Below, one piece after another: positions 62,333 to 64,000 of a stretch of 64,000 nt of DNA. Origin of the DNA: Squalus acanthias (lineage: Eukaryota); contig CM059432.1 in NCBI GenBank assembly GCA_030390025.1, positions 59,088,001-59,152,000 on the forward strand, given 5' to 3'. Made by a program: the position numbers and the translations under genes. Numbering within the stretch: position 1 is the stretch's first letter; each line of letters begins with the position of its first letter. Below the pieces are notes generated by a model. That model did no database searches. It was not told the origin of the DNA and worked only from the letters and a program-made list of their open reading frames with translations.

Positions 62333-62745
62333 AGCTGTGGCTCAGTGGGTAGCACTCTCGCCTCTGAGTCAGAAGGTTGTAGGCTCCCGTCCCACTCCAG
62401 AGACTTGAGCATAAAATCTAGGCTGACACTCCAGTGCAGTACTGAAGGAGTGCTGCACTGTCGGGGGTGCTGCCTTTCAGGTGAGGTGTTAAACCAAGGC
62501 CCCATCTGCCCTCTCAGGTAGGCGTAAAAGATCCCATGCTACTATTTTGAAGAAGAGCATGGGAGTTGTGCCCGTGTCCTGGCCTATATTTATCCCTCAA
62601 CCAACCTCACTAAAACAGATTATCGGGTCATTCCTGTTTGTGGGACAATTACTGTGCGCAATTTGGCTGCGGCATTTCCGACATTGCAATAGTGACTACA
62701 CTTCACAAGTAGTTAATTGGATGTAAAGCGCTTTGGGATGTCGTC
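62333..62745 (+). mobile_element. tRNA-derived SINE of the DeuSINE (SacSINE1-like) type
   Basis: A-box TGGCTCAGTGG; Deu-domain-like aaagatcccatg...gaagaagagca...tatccctcaaccaac; L2-like tail gtaaagcgctttgggatgtc. Family assignment is from recall. Confidence 0.8.
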
Positions 62746-62960
62746 CTGGAAGCAGTCCTGGATACATTCTAAAAAACATTCCCTACTTTGCACTTTCTTT
62801 ATTTTGGGATGGTGAAAATCACCCAATATTTATCACCCTGTTGTTCTTATCTAACTCTCTGCTCTGACCCCATCTATCTCATCTCCACTTTTGGTGGCCT
62901 GCAATGCACACGAAGCATTCTACCATTTCTCTTTTTATTTCTTAACTCTATTAATATTAA

Positions 62961-63409
62961 GGCCCAATATTTACGGGGCTGCGCGTTTGGAGCATGGGTG
63001 GGAGAAGTTATGGATGGGAAACCCGGAGTACAGATTTCCCGAACGTCCTGTAGTTATTAAATTTGTTCTCCAGGTTTCCCACCCGATAGCCAGTCTGATT
63101 GACAGGCTGGCTGCCGCTAAGGTGGGAAAGCCTGCAGCAGAAGGACACAGCAGGTAGGGAGGCAGGGAGAGATATCGCGGTCGAGGGTCTAGTTGGGGGG
63201 ATGGTGGTCATGGGGGCAAGATGGTGGTCGGGAAGGGATCTGATCGATGGGGGTGGATATGGTGGTCAGGGCGGTGGAGATGGTGGGCGGTGGGGGGTTG
63301 TCCAATCATGGGGGAATGGAGATGGTAGACAGGGGGGGTTCCAATCCTGGGGGGGAGAGGGGGAGCAAGACCGCAGGGGTGCGGGGGGTGGTTTACAGGG
63401 TAGCTTGCA
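62961..63409. mobile_element. Left part of a Harbinger-like non-autonomous element, interrupted by a LINE
   Basis: taa|GGCCCAATATTTAC terminus; GC-rich body. Confidence 0.5.
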
Positions 63410-64000
63410 TTTTTTATTCATTCATGGGATGTGGCCAGCATTTATTACTCATTCCTAATTGCCCTTGAGAAGGTGGTGGTGAGCTGCTGCAGTCCGTGAG
63501 GTGAAGATTCTGCCACAGTGCTGTTAGGGAGGGAGTTCCAGGATTTGGACCCAGCGACGATGAAGGAACGGCGATATATTTCCAATTAAGGGTGGTGTGT
63601 GACTTGGCGGGCAACTTACAGGTGGTGGTGTTCCCATGCGCCTGCTGCCCTTGTCCTTCTAGGTGGTAGAGGTCGCGGGTTTGGGAGATGCTGCCAAAGA
63701 TGCCTTGGCAAGTTGCTGCAGTGCATCTTGTAGATGGTACACACTGCAGCCACAGTGCACCGGTGGTGGAGGGAGTGAATGTTTAAGGTGGTGAATGGGG
63801 TGCCAATCAAGTGGCCTGCTTTGTCCTGGATGGTGTCGAGCTTCTTGAGTGTTGTTGGAGCTGCACTCATCCAGGCAAGTGGAAAGTATTCCAGCACACT
63901 CCCAACTTGTGCCTAATAGATAGTGGAAAGGCTTTGGGGAGTCAGTAGGTGAGTCACTCGCTGTAGAATACCCAGCCTCTGACCTGCTCTTGTAGCCACA
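63410..64000 (-). mobile_element. 3' part of a second-lineage LINE, running off the window
   Basis: LAWMSAAPTTLKKLDTIQDKA; caagggcaattagg 3' end. Confidence 0.9.

Overview
Vertebrate genomic DNA; the repeat content (CR1 LINEs with TTCTATGT tails, a DeuSINE, Harbinger elements) points to a cartilaginous fish, which is an inference. The window is the interior of a minus-strand KCNQ3 (Kv7.3) potassium-channel gene. Six coding exons are visible, covering S3-S4 to the start of the C-terminus, including a 27-nt micro-exon and a GC splice donor. The introns hold nested CR1 LINEs (one with an uninterrupted 921-aa ORF2), L2 and RTE fragments, a second LINE lineage with a tRNA-like head, a solo LTR, a decayed two-gene PIF/Harbinger transposon, many Harbinger-type MITEs and an H2A.X-like pseudogene ending in SQDF. 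Three observations stand out: a MITE family whose copies keep hairpins at homologous positions while the stem sequences differ; a natural Thr at the mammalian KCNQ3 A315 pore position; and the H2A.X-F-type pseudogene. All coordinates and comparisons were made by eye; no database searches were run.
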